NCBI GenBank assembly: GCA_963831055.1 | Contig: CAWHOU010000049.1 | Coordinates: 51,748-115,747, forward strand | Reading direction: 5' to 3' | Length of the DNA stretch: 64,000 nt | Source of the DNA: an uncultured Acidobacteriaceae bacterium | GTDB lineage: Bacteria > Acidobacteriota > Terriglobia > Terriglobales > Acidobacteriaceae | Shown: one piece after another, positions 42,907 to 52,359 of the stretch | How the letters are laid out: each line of letters starts with the position of its first letter | Position numbering within the stretch: the stretch's first letter is position 1 | Notes under the pieces: generated by a model | Seen by the model: only the letters and a program-made list of their open reading frames with translations | What the model was told of the DNA's origin: nothing | Databases searched by the model: none | Translations under genes and position numbers: made by a program

Positions 42907-43641
42907 TTACGCCTCCCCTCCGGAGTTCTTCAGCGACTTGCCGAACTCCCGCACCAGGGCCCGATCCGTATCGTTCGAAAGCTGAATTCTGCGCATCGCA
43001 TTATCAATAGCCAAATTGGCAGCAAACTTCTTCAGGTCCCGTTGCGCCGCGGCCTGCGTCGCCGTGATCTCCTGCTCGGCCGAAGCGATAATGCGCTCAC
43101 GCTCGGCTTCCAGAGCCGCGTGAATGCGCTTCTCATCTTCAACCGATTCCTGCTCCACCTGGCGCCGGATGCCATCGATCTCCGAATCCAGCCGCAATAA
43201 ACGCGCTTCCACCTCGGCCAGCGTGCGATTTGCATCCTCGGTAGCCTGCCTCGCGCTCACTAGCTCTTTCTCGAGCGTCTCCGAGCGGCTGCGGAAAAGC
43301 TTCGGCAGCACCTTCCACAATGCCACGGCAATCGCGAGGATCAGGACACCTGAATTCAGATCCTCGAAAATCTCTGCCGCGGTCTCGGTCTTTATGTGGG
43401 CGAAGTGGGCGATGGCGCGCACCACCGACGAGTGACGGTACTGTTCAATGTCGGAATTGCTCTCCGGCTCGTCCATATGCTCGCCGCCAGAGCTCTGCGT
43501 CGCCGGCCTTGCTGGCCCGGAGGCTGGCGCGGAGCCAGAAGACGTCTGCGCATGAATACGAACAGTCGGCATGGCTGCCAGACCGCCCAAAACCAAAGCA
43601 CCCAAAACCGGCACGCTCAGAATGCGAGGTAGGGCTTTCAC
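42907..43641 (-). CDS. atpF: Fo ATP synthase subunit b with an N-terminal extension of about 80 aa (244 aa)
   Basis: TM segment followed by a long coiled-coil (RSETLEKELVSARQATEDANRTLAEVEARL...). The extra N-terminal hydrophobic segment looks signal-like. ATGA overlap with the upstream b' gene. Confidence 0.8.
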   Translation of the reverse strand: MKALPRILSVPVLGALVLGGLAAMPTVRIHAQTSSGSAPASGPARPATQSSGGEHMDEPESNSDIEQYRHSSVVRAIAHFAHIKTETAAEIFEDLNSGVLILAIAVALWKVLPKLFRSRSETLEKELVSARQATEDANRTLAEVEARLLRLDSEIDGIRRQVEQESVEDEKRIHAALEAERERIIASAEQEITATQAAAQRDLKKFAANLAIDNAMRRIQLSNDTDRALVREFGKSLKNSGGEA

Positions 43642-44096
43642 TGCGCGCTCTCCCTTGCTGAAGGAAGAACCGCGGCCAGCACCTGGGCAGCCAGCTGGCT
43701 CGCGGAAGCTTCGATCTGCTTCTGCGCCTCGGCGCTCTGGCTCGCCAGCGCTTCCTGCGCTGTGTGGACACGCTGCTGCGCCGCCAGGCGAGCCGCCTCC
43801 AAAGCATTGTCGCGTTCGACGTTCAGCTGCTGGATGCGCTGTTCCCGCCCCCTAAAAATCTCCGCTCGCGCCGCGCGCAGCTTCGCCTCGTACTCCTGCG
43901 CCCGGACATCCGCAAGGCCAATCGCCAGGTGCGACTTCTCCTGCGCTCCAGCCGTTCGCTCCCGCCGTTCGGCGCGAATCTTCATCAGCGGCCGGTACAA
44001 AATGTACCGGTAACCCAAAACCAGGAGAACAAAAAGGATCAGGGTCGGTACCGAACCGAGCGCAAGATCACCAAGTTGTCGTAACAGTTCATTCAT
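43638..44096 (-). CDS. Fo ATP synthase subunit b' (second b-type subunit)
   Basis: N-terminal TM (VPTLILFVLLVLGY) plus an A/E/R/Q-rich helix. First gene of the cluster. Confidence 0.8.
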   Translation of the reverse strand: MNELLRQLGDLALGSVPTLILFVLLVLGYRYILYRPLMKIRAERRERTAGAQEKSHLAIGLADVRAQEYEAKLRAARAEIFRGREQRIQQLNVERDNALEAARLAAQQRVHTAQEALASQSAEAQKQIEASASQLAAQVLAAVLPSARESAQ

Positions 44097-44277
44097 GGAT
44101 TGGCCGGCGGTGACCAGTCGGAATCGACTGAGAAGGCTCAGGCGGAACCTTTGGTTCTAACAGACGTGAAAAATCGGTGTCAAATGACGAAAGGCAGTTA
44201 CCCCTCGAGTTTCGTTACAGCAAACTCCGACTGCGTTGCTGCCTGTGGAACACTCACAAAATTCATGCCGTGGGAGC

Positions 44278-44305
44278 TTGACTTGGCCAGCTTCCTGCGT
44301 ATACT
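44278..44305 (+). promoter_or_regulatory. Sigma-70-like promoter TTGACT-16 nt-TATACT on the plus strand
   Basis: ttgact (44278-44283), tatact (44300-44305). It points toward the 3' end of hflX, with no plus-strand gene downstream. Confidence 0.35.
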
Positions 44306-44311
44306 GAGAGT

Positions 44312-44392
44312 ACCACCTCGACCCGGATCAGGGTCGGCGAACCGGGTGATCGGAGGTTCCCACCACTCTCCATCATCCGGTTTGTCTTTTCT
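44312..44392 (+). ncRNA. Candidate sRNA of about 80 nt (two hairpins, the second an intrinsic terminator) convergent with hflX
   Basis: Hairpin 1: cgaccc-ggatca-gggtcg (44319-44336). Hairpin 2: aaccgggtgat(c)ggag / ctccatcatccggtt (44340-44382) followed by tgtcttttct. The U-tract is on the plus strand only. Confidence 0.3.
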
Positions 44393-45746
44393 GAACATTC
44401 TGCACTTGCTGCCGAAACCGCCGATACCGCCCAAGCAACGACGCCGGTCCTGCCACGTTCAACAGCACCAGATTCCCTTTATACTCACGATCACGAATCA
44501 CCGCTCCCGCCTCCAGCGAGGCCAGCACATCGCCCTCCGACTGCGGTATCTGAAATCGATGTTCGAGGATCGGATCATGCACCAACTCCTCATCGATCCG
44601 GTTCATCAAATCTTCGAGGCCAGTGTGGTTCTTCGCTGAAGTCCCGATGGCTCGGCCCTCCTCGGACGACACCAGCGCCGCAGCCTCCTCTTCGCTCAGC
44701 AAATCCACTTTATTCAGCACCTCGATCCGCGGCTTGTCCAGCACCTCAAGCTCGGCGAGCACCTTCTCCACCTCCGCCTTATGTTCTTCGCGCATGGGAC
44801 TGGAGGCATCGCGCACATGCACCAGCACCTCGGCTTTGCGGACCTCTTCCAGAGTTGCGCGAAACGAGGTCACCAGCGTATGCGGCAGGTCCCGGATGAA
44901 TCCCACCGTGTCCGACAGCAGGACCTTCCTGCGGCTGGGCAGCTGGATCGCGCTGAGCTTCGGATCGAGCGTCGCAAACATGCGTGCCGATTCCAGCACC
45001 CCCGCCCTCGTAATCCCGTTAAACAATGTGCTTTTCCCCGCGTTGGTATAGCCCACGAGAGCGACGGTCGCCACGGGCACCGACTCCCGGCGCTGGCGCT
45101 GTTGCGTCCGAGTCCGCCGCACTGCCTCCAGTTCCCCGCGCAGCTGCAGAACCCGCCGCTGAATGCGCCGTCGATCCGTCTCCAGCTGCGTTTCGCCCGG
45201 TCCGCGCGTGCCAATGCCGCCGCCCAGCTGCGACATGGCCTTGCCCTTGCCCGTTAGCCGCGGGAGCATATATTCCAGCTGCGCCAGCTCCACCTGCAGC
45301 TGTCCCTCTCGCGTTCGCGCGTGCCGAGCAAAAATATCGAGGATCAGCTGCGTCCGGTCGATAACCCTGCACGGCAGGGCGTTTTCAAGGTTGCGCAGCT
45401 GGGTTGGGCTCAAATCGTGGTCGACAATGGCGACATCGGCCTGCGTCGAAGCGGCGATCGCGGAAATCTCTTCCACTTTGCCGCTGCCCACCAGCGTGGC
45501 CGGATCGGCCTTCGGGCGATGCTGCTCAACCTCCGCGACCACGCTCGCTCCGGCGCTCACCACCAACTCGCGAAACTCAGCCAGTCGCGAGTCCTCCTCG
45601 TCCGGAATTGCGGGCGAACTCCCTGGAGACTTGGCGGCATGGCGTGCCTGAGTCGCACCCCGAGCCAGGGCTCTCCTCTGCGGTCCAAAAACGACCGTTA
45701 CCAGCAATCCCCTCTCCGCGATCGAACCGGTCGCGTTCAAACGCAT
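44373..45746 (-). CDS. hflX: GTPase HflX
   Basis: [26 protein letters not shown]. The start at 45746 avoids overlap with hfq. Confidence 0.92.
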   Translation of the reverse strand: MRLNATGSIAERGLLVTVVFGPQRRALARGATQARHAAKSPGSSPAIPDEEDSRLAEFRELVVSAGASVVAEVEQHRPKADPATLVGSGKVEEISAIAASTQADVAIVDHDLSPTQLRNLENALPCRVIDRTQLILDIFARHARTREGQLQVELAQLEYMLPRLTGKGKAMSQLGGGIGTRGPGETQLETDRRRIQRRVLQLRGELEAVRRTRTQQRQRRESVPVATVALVGYTNAGKSTLFNGITRAGVLESARMFATLDPKLSAIQLPSRRKVLLSDTVGFIRDLPHTLVTSFRATLEEVRKAEVLVHVRDASSPMREEHKAEVEKVLAELEVLDKPRIEVLNKVDLLSEEEAAALVSSEEGRAIGTSAKNHTGLEDLMNRIDEELVHDPILEHRFQIPQSEGDVLASLEAGAVIRDREYKGNLVLLNVAGPASLLGRYRRFRQQVQNVQKRQTG

Positions 45747-45777
45747 CGCAATCGTTGGGCCCGCGCGTCCGTCAACG

Positions 45778-46083
45778 TCAGGAGCCCGACGCTTCCTGCA
45801 CCGCCTGGGGAGTCGACACCGCAACAGGCCCTGCCTGGGCTGTGTGTGGCGGACGGTGTTCTCCGTGCAGCACCGAGCGCGTGCTCACCACCGTTGAGAT
45901 GGCATGTTTGAAAATCAGCTGCTCCTGGCTGTTGTTCTCGAGCAGCACCGAGTACTTGTCAAATGAGCGGATCTTCCCCGTGAGCTTCACTCCACTCACC
46001 AGATAAATCGTTATCGGGGTCTTGTCTTTGCGAACTGTATTCAGGAAGGTGTCCTGAATGTTCTGCGCCGGCTTGTTTTCCAT
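45778..46083 (-). CDS. hfq: RNA chaperone Hfq (101 aa, extended C-terminus)
   Basis: [52 protein letters not shown]...[11 protein letters not shown]. Confidence 0.95.
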   Translation of the reverse strand: MENKPAQNIQDTFLNTVRKDKTPITIYLVSGVKLTGKIRSFDKYSVLLENNSQEQLIFKHAISTVVSTRSVLHGEHRPPHTAQAGPVAVSTPQAVQEASGS

Positions 46084-46334
46084 GAGCCGATCTCCTTTGC
46101 CCGTTTTTTTTTGCTCGACGGTGAAACTCGAAACAGCAGGAAAAACTGCAGCGAAACCGAAATGTTGGAGGCGCCGCACCCACCGTCAAGGTGTGTTATC
46201 ACGATACGGGTTTCCCAACCATTTGCGCAATGTCCGACTCTGAGGGAAAAGCGGCCCGGCCATTGGGCGGTGAGGTTAAGTCTTTAGTAAACAGTGAATA
46301 GAAACCGATAACCGGTCTCGCCCCGCCCGCCGAC

Positions 46335-47495
46335 CTACCCCTGTCTCTTCTTCCGATGTGTTTTTCTGTGTGGTGCTTGTGTCGCGCGCGCAACCGCTGG
46401 ACGCGCCGGCGCATCGCCCACCCGCCGCACCATCACGCCCTCCATGCGGAAGGTTTCCGTCGCCGTTTCCCCCGGCTTCACCATCCCGGTTTGCAGGTCG
46501 AGGGCAGCCTCGTCGCCTGTCGCTACGCGATACGAGAACGTCGGGCCCTCCCCATTTGCATCCGCTTCAACAGTCACGGGCAGATATCCGGCAATATTGC
46601 GATCCCGATAAGCCGTCTCATATCGATGCTTCTTCACGTTCCACGTGTAGACCCGCACCTGATCAAAGTCATACGGCAGACCATCTTTATAGGGGGCCAG
46701 CACCGCCACATACTCCGGCACCTGACCGGCAGGCACATTCGCGTCGGGATCGTTGACCTTCCGCAAAACGTATGCGCCCACGATCTTCTGCCCCTCGGCC
46801 AGCCCCGCAATTGCGTCCGGAACATCCTCATCGAGCGTGCGCGCCCGTATCCAGCCCACGCGGCCGCTGCTGTCCCGGATCAGCCAGTAGTCCTCAAGAT
46901 TTGGCGGTACCGGCGGCCCAGCTTTCTCGCCCGGACCCATCGGCTTTGCAACCGGCAACGGCACAACCTGCGGCGCGTCCGGCTTGGGCACGGAGGCTCG
47001 CGCCAGCAGCTGCAGCTTGTCATTCTCCGGCAACAGATAGAACCGATCCGACGTCCTCCCGGGAGCATCGCGAAGCCAATAATCGTCGCGCAGCACCGCC
47101 GTCCCTACCACGGCATCGTTCGCATTCTCCTTTTCGAGCTGCGTGAATTTGTCGTAGACCTGCTGGTCGATCACCGCGTGATCCTCGATCCAGCCCACCT
47201 CGCCCTTGTCCGTCTTCACCTTCAGGAATCGCCGGCCGTGCTCCACCACCTGCAGCCGCTGCCCATTCACCACCTCCGCCACCCGGTTGCTGACTGCGGC
47301 CACCCGGTCGCGCAGATACGTCCCCCGCGCCCACACGTAAACATATTCGTGACTCTCGTGGGGAGCGAATCTCCCACACCCGCCCAGCACCACAAAACCG
47401 GCCAGGACCAGGCCAGACGGAACAAGGCCACGCCGGAAAAGCCCAGACAGCAGTCTCCGAGGGGTACGTCGCGAAAAAGGAAAAAATTTCAGCAT
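46335..47495 (-). CDS. SH3b-domain lipoprotein, hypothetical
   Basis: Lipobox VLGGC. VVNGQRLQVVEHGRRFLKVKTDKGEVGWIEDHAV (SH3-like). Confidence 0.7.
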   Translation of the reverse strand: MLKFFPFSRRTPRRLLSGLFRRGLVPSGLVLAGFVVLGGCGRFAPHESHEYVYVWARGTYLRDRVAAVSNRVAEVVNGQRLQVVEHGRRFLKVKTDKGEVGWIEDHAVIDQQVYDKFTQLEKENANDAVVGTAVLRDDYWLRDAPGRTSDRFYLLPENDKLQLLARASVPKPDAPQVVPLPVAKPMGPGEKAGPPVPPNLEDYWLIRDSSGRVGWIRARTLDEDVPDAIAGLAEGQKIVGAYVLRKVNDPDANVPAGQVPEYVAVLAPYKDGLPYDFDQVRVYTWNVKKHRYETAYRDRNIAGYLPVTVEADANGEGPTFSYRVATGDEAALDLQTGMVKPGETATETFRMEGVMVRRVGDAPARPAVARATQAPHRKTHRKKRQG

Positions 47496-47592
47496 TGCAA
47501 TAGGGATTCAAACCGGTCTTTGGATGCGCAGGTTAACCAAAGGATACATCCATCTGGAAGACACCGAGCATTGCGGAAAAGTTGTCCACGTT

Positions 47593-47624
47593 ACTTCCAG
47601 GGTGCGCCACTTCCAGGGTGCGTC
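47593..47624. repeat. 16-bp tandem duplication (ACTTCCAGGGTGCGYC x2) in the leader of the carboxyltransferase gene
   Basis: 47593-47608 and 47609-47624 differ at one position. Followed by a weak GGGTG/CACCC stem and a T6 run (47616-47650). Confidence 0.85.
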
Positions 47625-47716
47625 GTCGGCCCACGCCCACCCTCTTTTTTCCAGATGCTCTGCGCGTAGGCCATGGCCAGCGACGACGGGCAATTCCGGA
47701 TACGGCACTACAGGCG

Positions 47717-47761
47717 CCCTGCTGTTCCCCTGCCCCCTCTTCCCTGTACCCTGTTCCCTGG
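47717..47761. repeat. Degenerate 7-bp-period C-rich tract (…CCCTGTA CCCTGTT CCCTGG) abutting the start codon at 47763
   Basis: Direct reading. Confidence 0.5.
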
Positions 47762-47762
47762 C

Positions 47763-49577
47763 ATGACTGACCCTAAACCTCCCGCTCCTCCCAGACTCAA
47801 CACACAGCTCGCCTCGAGGCTCGACCCGAACGCTCCCCGAGCCCGCACCAACGCGCAGAAAATGTCCGCCCTCCTCGCCCAGATCCAGTCCCAGGAATCC
47901 GAAATCCGCCAGGGCGGCGGCCCCAAAGCCATCGAAGCCCAGCACGCAAAGCAGCGCCTCACCGCGCGCGAACGCCTCGACCTGCTCCTCGACCCTGGTT
48001 CAAATTTCTTCGAGCTCAGCCTCTTCGCCGCCTTCGCCATGTATGAAGAATGGGGAGGCGCGCCGAGCGCAGGCGTCGTCACCGGTATCGGCCGCGTCTC
48101 CGGTCGACTCTGCATGATCGTCGCCAATGACGCCACCGTGAAGGCCGGCGCATTCTTCCCCATGACTGCCAAAAAAGTTCTCCGTGCCCAGCACATCGCC
48201 ATGGAGAACCGCATCCCCACCCTCTACCTCGTCGATTCCTCCGGCATCTTCCTGCCGCTCCAGGAAGACGTCTTCCCCGATCAGGACGACTTCGGCCGCA
48301 TCTTTCGCAACAACGCCGTCATGTCCGCATCCGGCATCCCGCAAATCACCGCCATCATGGGCATGTGCGTCGCCGGCGGCGCCTACCTGCCCGTCATGAC
48401 CGACCAGGTCCTGATGACCGAAGGCAGCGGCCTCTTCCTCGCCGGTCCGGCGCTCGTCCAGGCCGCCATCGGCCAAAAATATTCGGCGGAAGAACTGGGC
48501 GGCGCAACCATGCATGCCGAAATCTCCGGCACCGTCGACTTCAAGGAACCCAACGACCATCTCTGCATCGCACGCCTGCGCTCCCTGGTCTCGAAATGGG
48601 GCCATTCCGCGACCGCCCCTTTCGATCGCGTCGCATATAACTCCGAGACAGACACGCCACGCTACCCCGCTGCCGATCTCCACTCCCTCCTCGATCCCGA
48701 CCCTGCCAAGGCCGCCGTCAACACCTACGACATGCATGACGTCATCGCCCGCATCGTCGACCGCAGCGAGTTCGACGAGTATCGCCCCACCTACGGACGC
48801 ACCCTCCTCTGCGGATACGCACGCATCGGCGGCTACGCGGTCGGCATCGTCGCCAACCAAAAGCAATCCCAGCCGCAAACCAGTCCCACCGGCGAAAAGC
48901 ACATCGAGTTCGGTGGCGTCATCTACGCCGAAAGCGCCGACAAAGCCGCGCGCTTCATCATGGATTGCAATCAGAACCTCATCCCGCTCATCTTCCTCCA
49001 CGACGTCAACGGCTTCATGGTCGGCCGCGACGCCGAATGGAACGGCATCATCCGCTCCGGCGCAAAAATGGTCACCGCCGTCGCCAACTCCGTCGTCCCC
49101 AAAATCTCCGTCATCGTCGGAGGCTCCTTCGGCGCGGGCAACTACGCCATGTGCGGCAAAGCCTACGACCCGCGCTTCATCTTTGCCTGGCCCACTGCCC
49201 GCTATGCCGTCATGAGCGGCGACTCTGCCGCGAACACCCTCGTTGAAATCCGCATCCGCCAGCTCGAGCGCGGCGGACGCCAGCTGAGCGACCAGGAAAA
49301 GCAGGACCTCGTGACCTCCATCAAAGCCACCTACGACGCGCAAACCGACTGCCGCTACGCCGCTGCGCGTCTCTGGGTCGACGCCATCATCGACCCCGCC
49401 CAAACCCGAGAAGCCCTGCTCCTGGCCCTCGAAGCCGTAGCTCTCAATCCTGAGATTCCGCAAAATTCAATCCCGGCATCCTCCAAACGTAGTCGCCGCC
49501 GAAATGCCACCATCGGATCCGCTGCCTGCTCTCACGACCTGGCCACAAACGTGATCCCGGCAATCAAGAGCCAGTGA
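47763..49577 (+). CDS. Acyl-CoA carboxylase carboxyltransferase (beta) subunit, methylcrotonyl-CoA-carboxylase-like; 3' end probably frameshifted
   Basis: Typical two-domain carboxyltransferase sequence (RLDLLLDPGS..., GGAYLPVM, FAWPTARYAVMSG). A canonical-looking tail AKFNPGILQT-stop is encoded in the -1 frame at 49460-49492. Confidence 0.9.
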   Translation: MTDPKPPAPPRLNTQLASRLDPNAPRARTNAQKMSALLAQIQSQESEIRQGGGPKAIEAQHAKQRLTARERLDLLLDPGSNFFELSLFAAFAMYEEWGGAPSAGVVTGIGRVSGRLCMIVANDATVKAGAFFPMTAKKVLRAQHIAMENRIPTLYLVDSSGIFLPLQEDVFPDQDDFGRIFRNNAVMSASGIPQITAIMGMCVAGGAYLPVMTDQVLMTEGSGLFLAGPALVQAAIGQKYSAEELGGATMHAEISGTVDFKEPNDHLCIARLRSLVSKWGHSATAPFDRVAYNSETDTPRYPAADLHSLLDPDPAKAAVNTYDMHDVIARIVDRSEFDEYRPTYGRTLLCGYARIGGYAVGIVANQKQSQPQTSPTGEKHIEFGGVIYAESADKAARFIMDCNQNLIPLIFLHDVNGFMVGRDAEWNGIIRSGAKMVTAVANSVVPKISVIVGGSFGAGNYAMCGKAYDPRFIFAWPTARYAVMSGDSAANTLVEIRIRQLERGGRQLSDQEKQDLVTSIKATYDAQTDCRYAAARLWVDAIIDPAQTREALLLALEAVALNPEIPQNSIPASSKRSRRRNATIGSAACSHDLATNVIPAIKSQ

Positions 49578-49624
49578 TGATGAAGGGAATAATCCATCCG
49601 GCTCTCAAGCGGTTCTCCTTTGTT

Positions 49625-50929
49625 CTAGCGTTGTCCAACCAGCATATTCATCAGGATCGCGCCGCCAAGAGCGGCGAGCAGCGCCACAGGCATCGCAACC
49701 GCGCCAACCTTCAGAAACTTCCAGAAACTTACGTCCAGCTTCTCTCCACCCGCATCCCCGCCGGAATCCTTGCGAAGCGCCAGCAGCCACAGGATCGTAG
49801 CCAACGATCCGTTGACGGAAAGATTTGGCCCGAGGTCGACCCCAATCAAAACCGCATTGGCCATCAGCCCCTTCGTATGAGCTGCCTGGATCGTGCCGCC
49901 CGCTATCAGCCCCAGGGGCAGGTTGTTCACTATGTTGTTCGCTATGCCCACTGCGAAGCCGACAACCATGGCCCCTGTGTCCTGTCCCAGACCCGATGCC
50001 CAGGTAAGCCACTTTTGTGTCAGGTCCAGTGCTCCCTGGCTCTCGACTGCGTCAACCAGGACAAACAAACCCGCGACCAGCAGCAGTGTTGCCCAACTAA
50101 TCTCCCGGGCAAGTTGCATCGGATTACTCCTCGTCCTGATCGAGACAACGCCCGTGATCAACAATGCGGCGATACAAGTAGGCAGGCCCAGATCTCGCTT
50201 CATAGCCGAAGCCGTCAGAAGCACACCGATCATGAGGGCGAGTCCGGCGACGACAAGTTTGCCGTCTCCTCTTAGTTTTGCATCCTCCACCTCGCACTCG
50301 ATGCTCTTGCAAAGCTCCTCACGGAACAGGAACCGCATGACGAAAAAAGTCACCAGGATCGAGAGCACCGATGGCACGCCGAAGTCCGCGAGCCATGTCC
50401 CCAGCGCCGGCATTCCAGTATGAAAAACCACCAGATTCGCAGGGTTGGAGATCGGCAAAACGAAGCTCGCAGCGTTTGCGATCAACGCACATACGAAAAG
50501 GTACGGGAGCGGGGAGACCCTTGCCTTACGGACCGCGGTCAGAATTGCCGGAGTCAGTACAACCGCTGTCGCATCGTTCGACATAAAGATGGTCACAACT
50601 GTGCCGGCGCCGTAGACCAAAAGAAAAAGACGCGAGCAACTGCCATTTGCACCGCGGACCGCGACCGACGCCACCCAATCGAACACCCCCTGTTCCCGAG
50701 CCAGTTCGCTCAGAAGCATCATGCCGATCAGAAACAAATACACATCGGTGCCTTTTGCAACCGCCTGCCCGGCCAGCTTCGGCGGCACCAGCCGCAGCCC
50801 GATCAAAAGCAGCGCTCCGCCAGAGATCCACCAAACTTCCCGAATTCCCCGCGGGCGGATCAGCATCAGCAAGATGCTGAAAGCGACAATACAAGGCAGC
50901 ACAACCCGCGCGATCTCCGCCGGTATCAT
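49625..50929 (-). CDS. ArsB/NhaD (IT superfamily) anion permease
   Basis: 434 aa, 10-12 TM, LLIACANxx-type repeats. Typical arsenite/citrate-transporter-like organisation. Confidence 0.8.
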   Translation of the reverse strand: MIPAEIARVVLPCIVAFSILLMLIRPRGIREVWWISGGALLLIGLRLVPPKLAGQAVAKGTDVYLFLIGMMLLSELAREQGVFDWVASVAVRGANGSCSRLFLLVYGAGTVVTIFMSNDATAVVLTPAILTAVRKARVSPLPYLFVCALIANAASFVLPISNPANLVVFHTGMPALGTWLADFGVPSVLSILVTFFVMRFLFREELCKSIECEVEDAKLRGDGKLVVAGLALMIGVLLTASAMKRDLGLPTCIAALLITGVVSIRTRSNPMQLAREISWATLLLVAGLFVLVDAVESQGALDLTQKWLTWASGLGQDTGAMVVGFAVGIANNIVNNLPLGLIAGGTIQAAHTKGLMANAVLIGVDLGPNLSVNGSLATILWLLALRKDSGGDAGGEKLDVSFWKFLKVGAVAMPVALLAALGGAILMNMLVGQR

Positions 50930-50969
50930 CCCCGCTTCTTTCCCTTCCTGTTGGGTCCTCGAGCCTTCT

Positions 50970-51218
50970 TCATGCGGGAATTTCCTTGCGAATGACCGCG
51001 CAAGAGCTATTGTCGTTCGTTTCGCCGCGTTCCTGCAGCGTCATGCCGCCAATGCTGAGCGCCATGCCAACCCGATCCGGCCCCCATCCCGCTCCAGCCA
51101 GATAGGCTGCCAGAAACGGACCCAGACCAGTCTGCACATCGGCAAGAAAGAAGTTCGCCGCTTCCAGAGTACGGACGCTCTGCTTTTTCGCAGTTGGGAT
51201 CGTGGAGTTGGATGTCAT
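50970..51218 (-). pseudogene. N-terminal stub of an MFS transporter (about 60 homologous aa, then unrelated tail)
   Basis: ANFFLADVQTGLGPFLAAYLAGAGWGPDRVGMALSIGG is a typical MFS TM1-TM2 region. The ORF stops after 82 aa. Confidence 0.5.
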
Positions 51219-51487
51219 AGTCGCTTCAGAAGCGCGGCTAAGCAGCGAGCGCCGAACCCTTCTTCCCGATGAGTTTTAGGATGCGGATAAAGCTGGTGAT
51301 CAGCTATCGCCACGCACTTTTTACACCCGCCCACTGCATGAGGACTCGAAACTGGCAAACGGTTCGGTCTGATCCCTTCCCGGCTCGTCTCCCCGCCGCG
51401 ACCCCTTTTGGCCAATTCTCCGAACGCAACTCCCCTGCCCTGGGTTTTCTCTGCTTTCCTGGAGCCTGCAAGCGTATTCTTGAAACC

Positions 51488-51904
51488 ATGCCTTCATCTT
51501 CCGCGTCGTCGTCCCGCAAAAAGCGCGGCGCTGCGAAGACCTCCGCCCGGAACTCCGCCCGCGGTGGCTGGATATCCCTCTGGCCCCTGCTCCTCGGCAT
51601 CGCGGTTACCCCGTTCACCGTCCGCCTCGCCAGCATCCTGGCTCTTGAGGGCCCCAAAGCCTTCGCCCTGCTCTATCCCTGGGTCGTCGTTCTCCGCTGC
51701 CGCGCTCTGCATTTTCCGGCCGACCTCGTCGGCCGATCCTCGGAGTGGATGCTCTTCCTGCAGTTCCCCATTTACGGCCTGTTGATGACTATCAGCTACC
51801 AGGCCGGTCGCATTCTCCGCGCTGTCATCATCGGACTTATTGTGCACTTCACTGGCATCGTCGCCATCGTCCTTTTGGCGTTTCTCGGACAGTTTCCCCA
51901 ATAG
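51488..51904 (+). CDS. Hypothetical membrane protein (138 aa)
   Basis: Basic N-terminus followed by 3-4 hydrophobic segments. No clear SD. Confidence 0.45.
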   Translation: MPSSSASSSRKKRGAAKTSARNSARGGWISLWPLLLGIAVTPFTVRLASILALEGPKAFALLYPWVVVLRCRALHFPADLVGRSSEWMLFLQFPIYGLLMTISYQAGRILRAVIIGLIVHFTGIVAIVLLAFLGQFPQ

Positions 51905-51989
51905 CCACGCCGGAAATGCACGATGCGATTTCTACAGCTACTCATTCCGTCACTTTCGAAGGAACAGTGCATCCAACGCATCGAGCGCC

Positions 51990-52355
51990 ATGTCCGATTC
52001 TGTCCCTCGCCCTCAACCCGACCGTTCCTTCTTCCTGCTGCTGACGCCGCTCGTCGCCGTGTCGTTGCCGTCGCTCCTCTTCTGTGCTCTGGCCGTCGTC
52101 CTCTGGATGCACGGCGTTCCCCCCAACAGCCCGGCCCTCTTCCATCTCCCATCGCAAGGCGTCTGGAACGAGATTGTCGCCCTTCAGGTCTCCGCCTACC
52201 AGTGGATCGTGCACTGGAACTCGACTGCTACCCTCGCAGCGACCGCCTTCTTCGTCACCACCCTCCTGCTCCCCCGTTGGCGCAACTGGACCACCCTCGC
52301 CCTGATACCCTACGGCTTGCTGCTCTGCGCCGACTTCACCCTCCGTTGGCGCTGA
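51990..52355 (+). CDS. Hypothetical membrane protein (121 aa)
   Basis: Four hydrophobic segments. The stop lies 4 nt before the next gene's start, which suggests an operon. Confidence 0.45.
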   Translation: MSDSVPRPQPDRSFFLLLTPLVAVSLPSLLFCALAVVLWMHGVPPNSPALFHLPSQGVWNEIVALQVSAYQWIVHWNSTATLAATAFFVTTLLLPRWRNWTTLALIPYGLLLCADFTLRWR

Positions 52356-52359
52356 ACCG

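Noticed and set aside
44146-44185. TTGACA-17 nt-TTAGAA on the minus strand as the atp operon promoter.
   Set aside because: The -35 element is perfect but the -10 matches the consensus at only 2 of 6 positions. It cannot be supported without TSS data.
47495-47580. tRNA-like fragment (ccggtttgaatccc on the minus strand resembles a T-arm).
   Set aside because: No complementary T-stem 3' half, no acceptor stem and no anticodon arm can be drawn.
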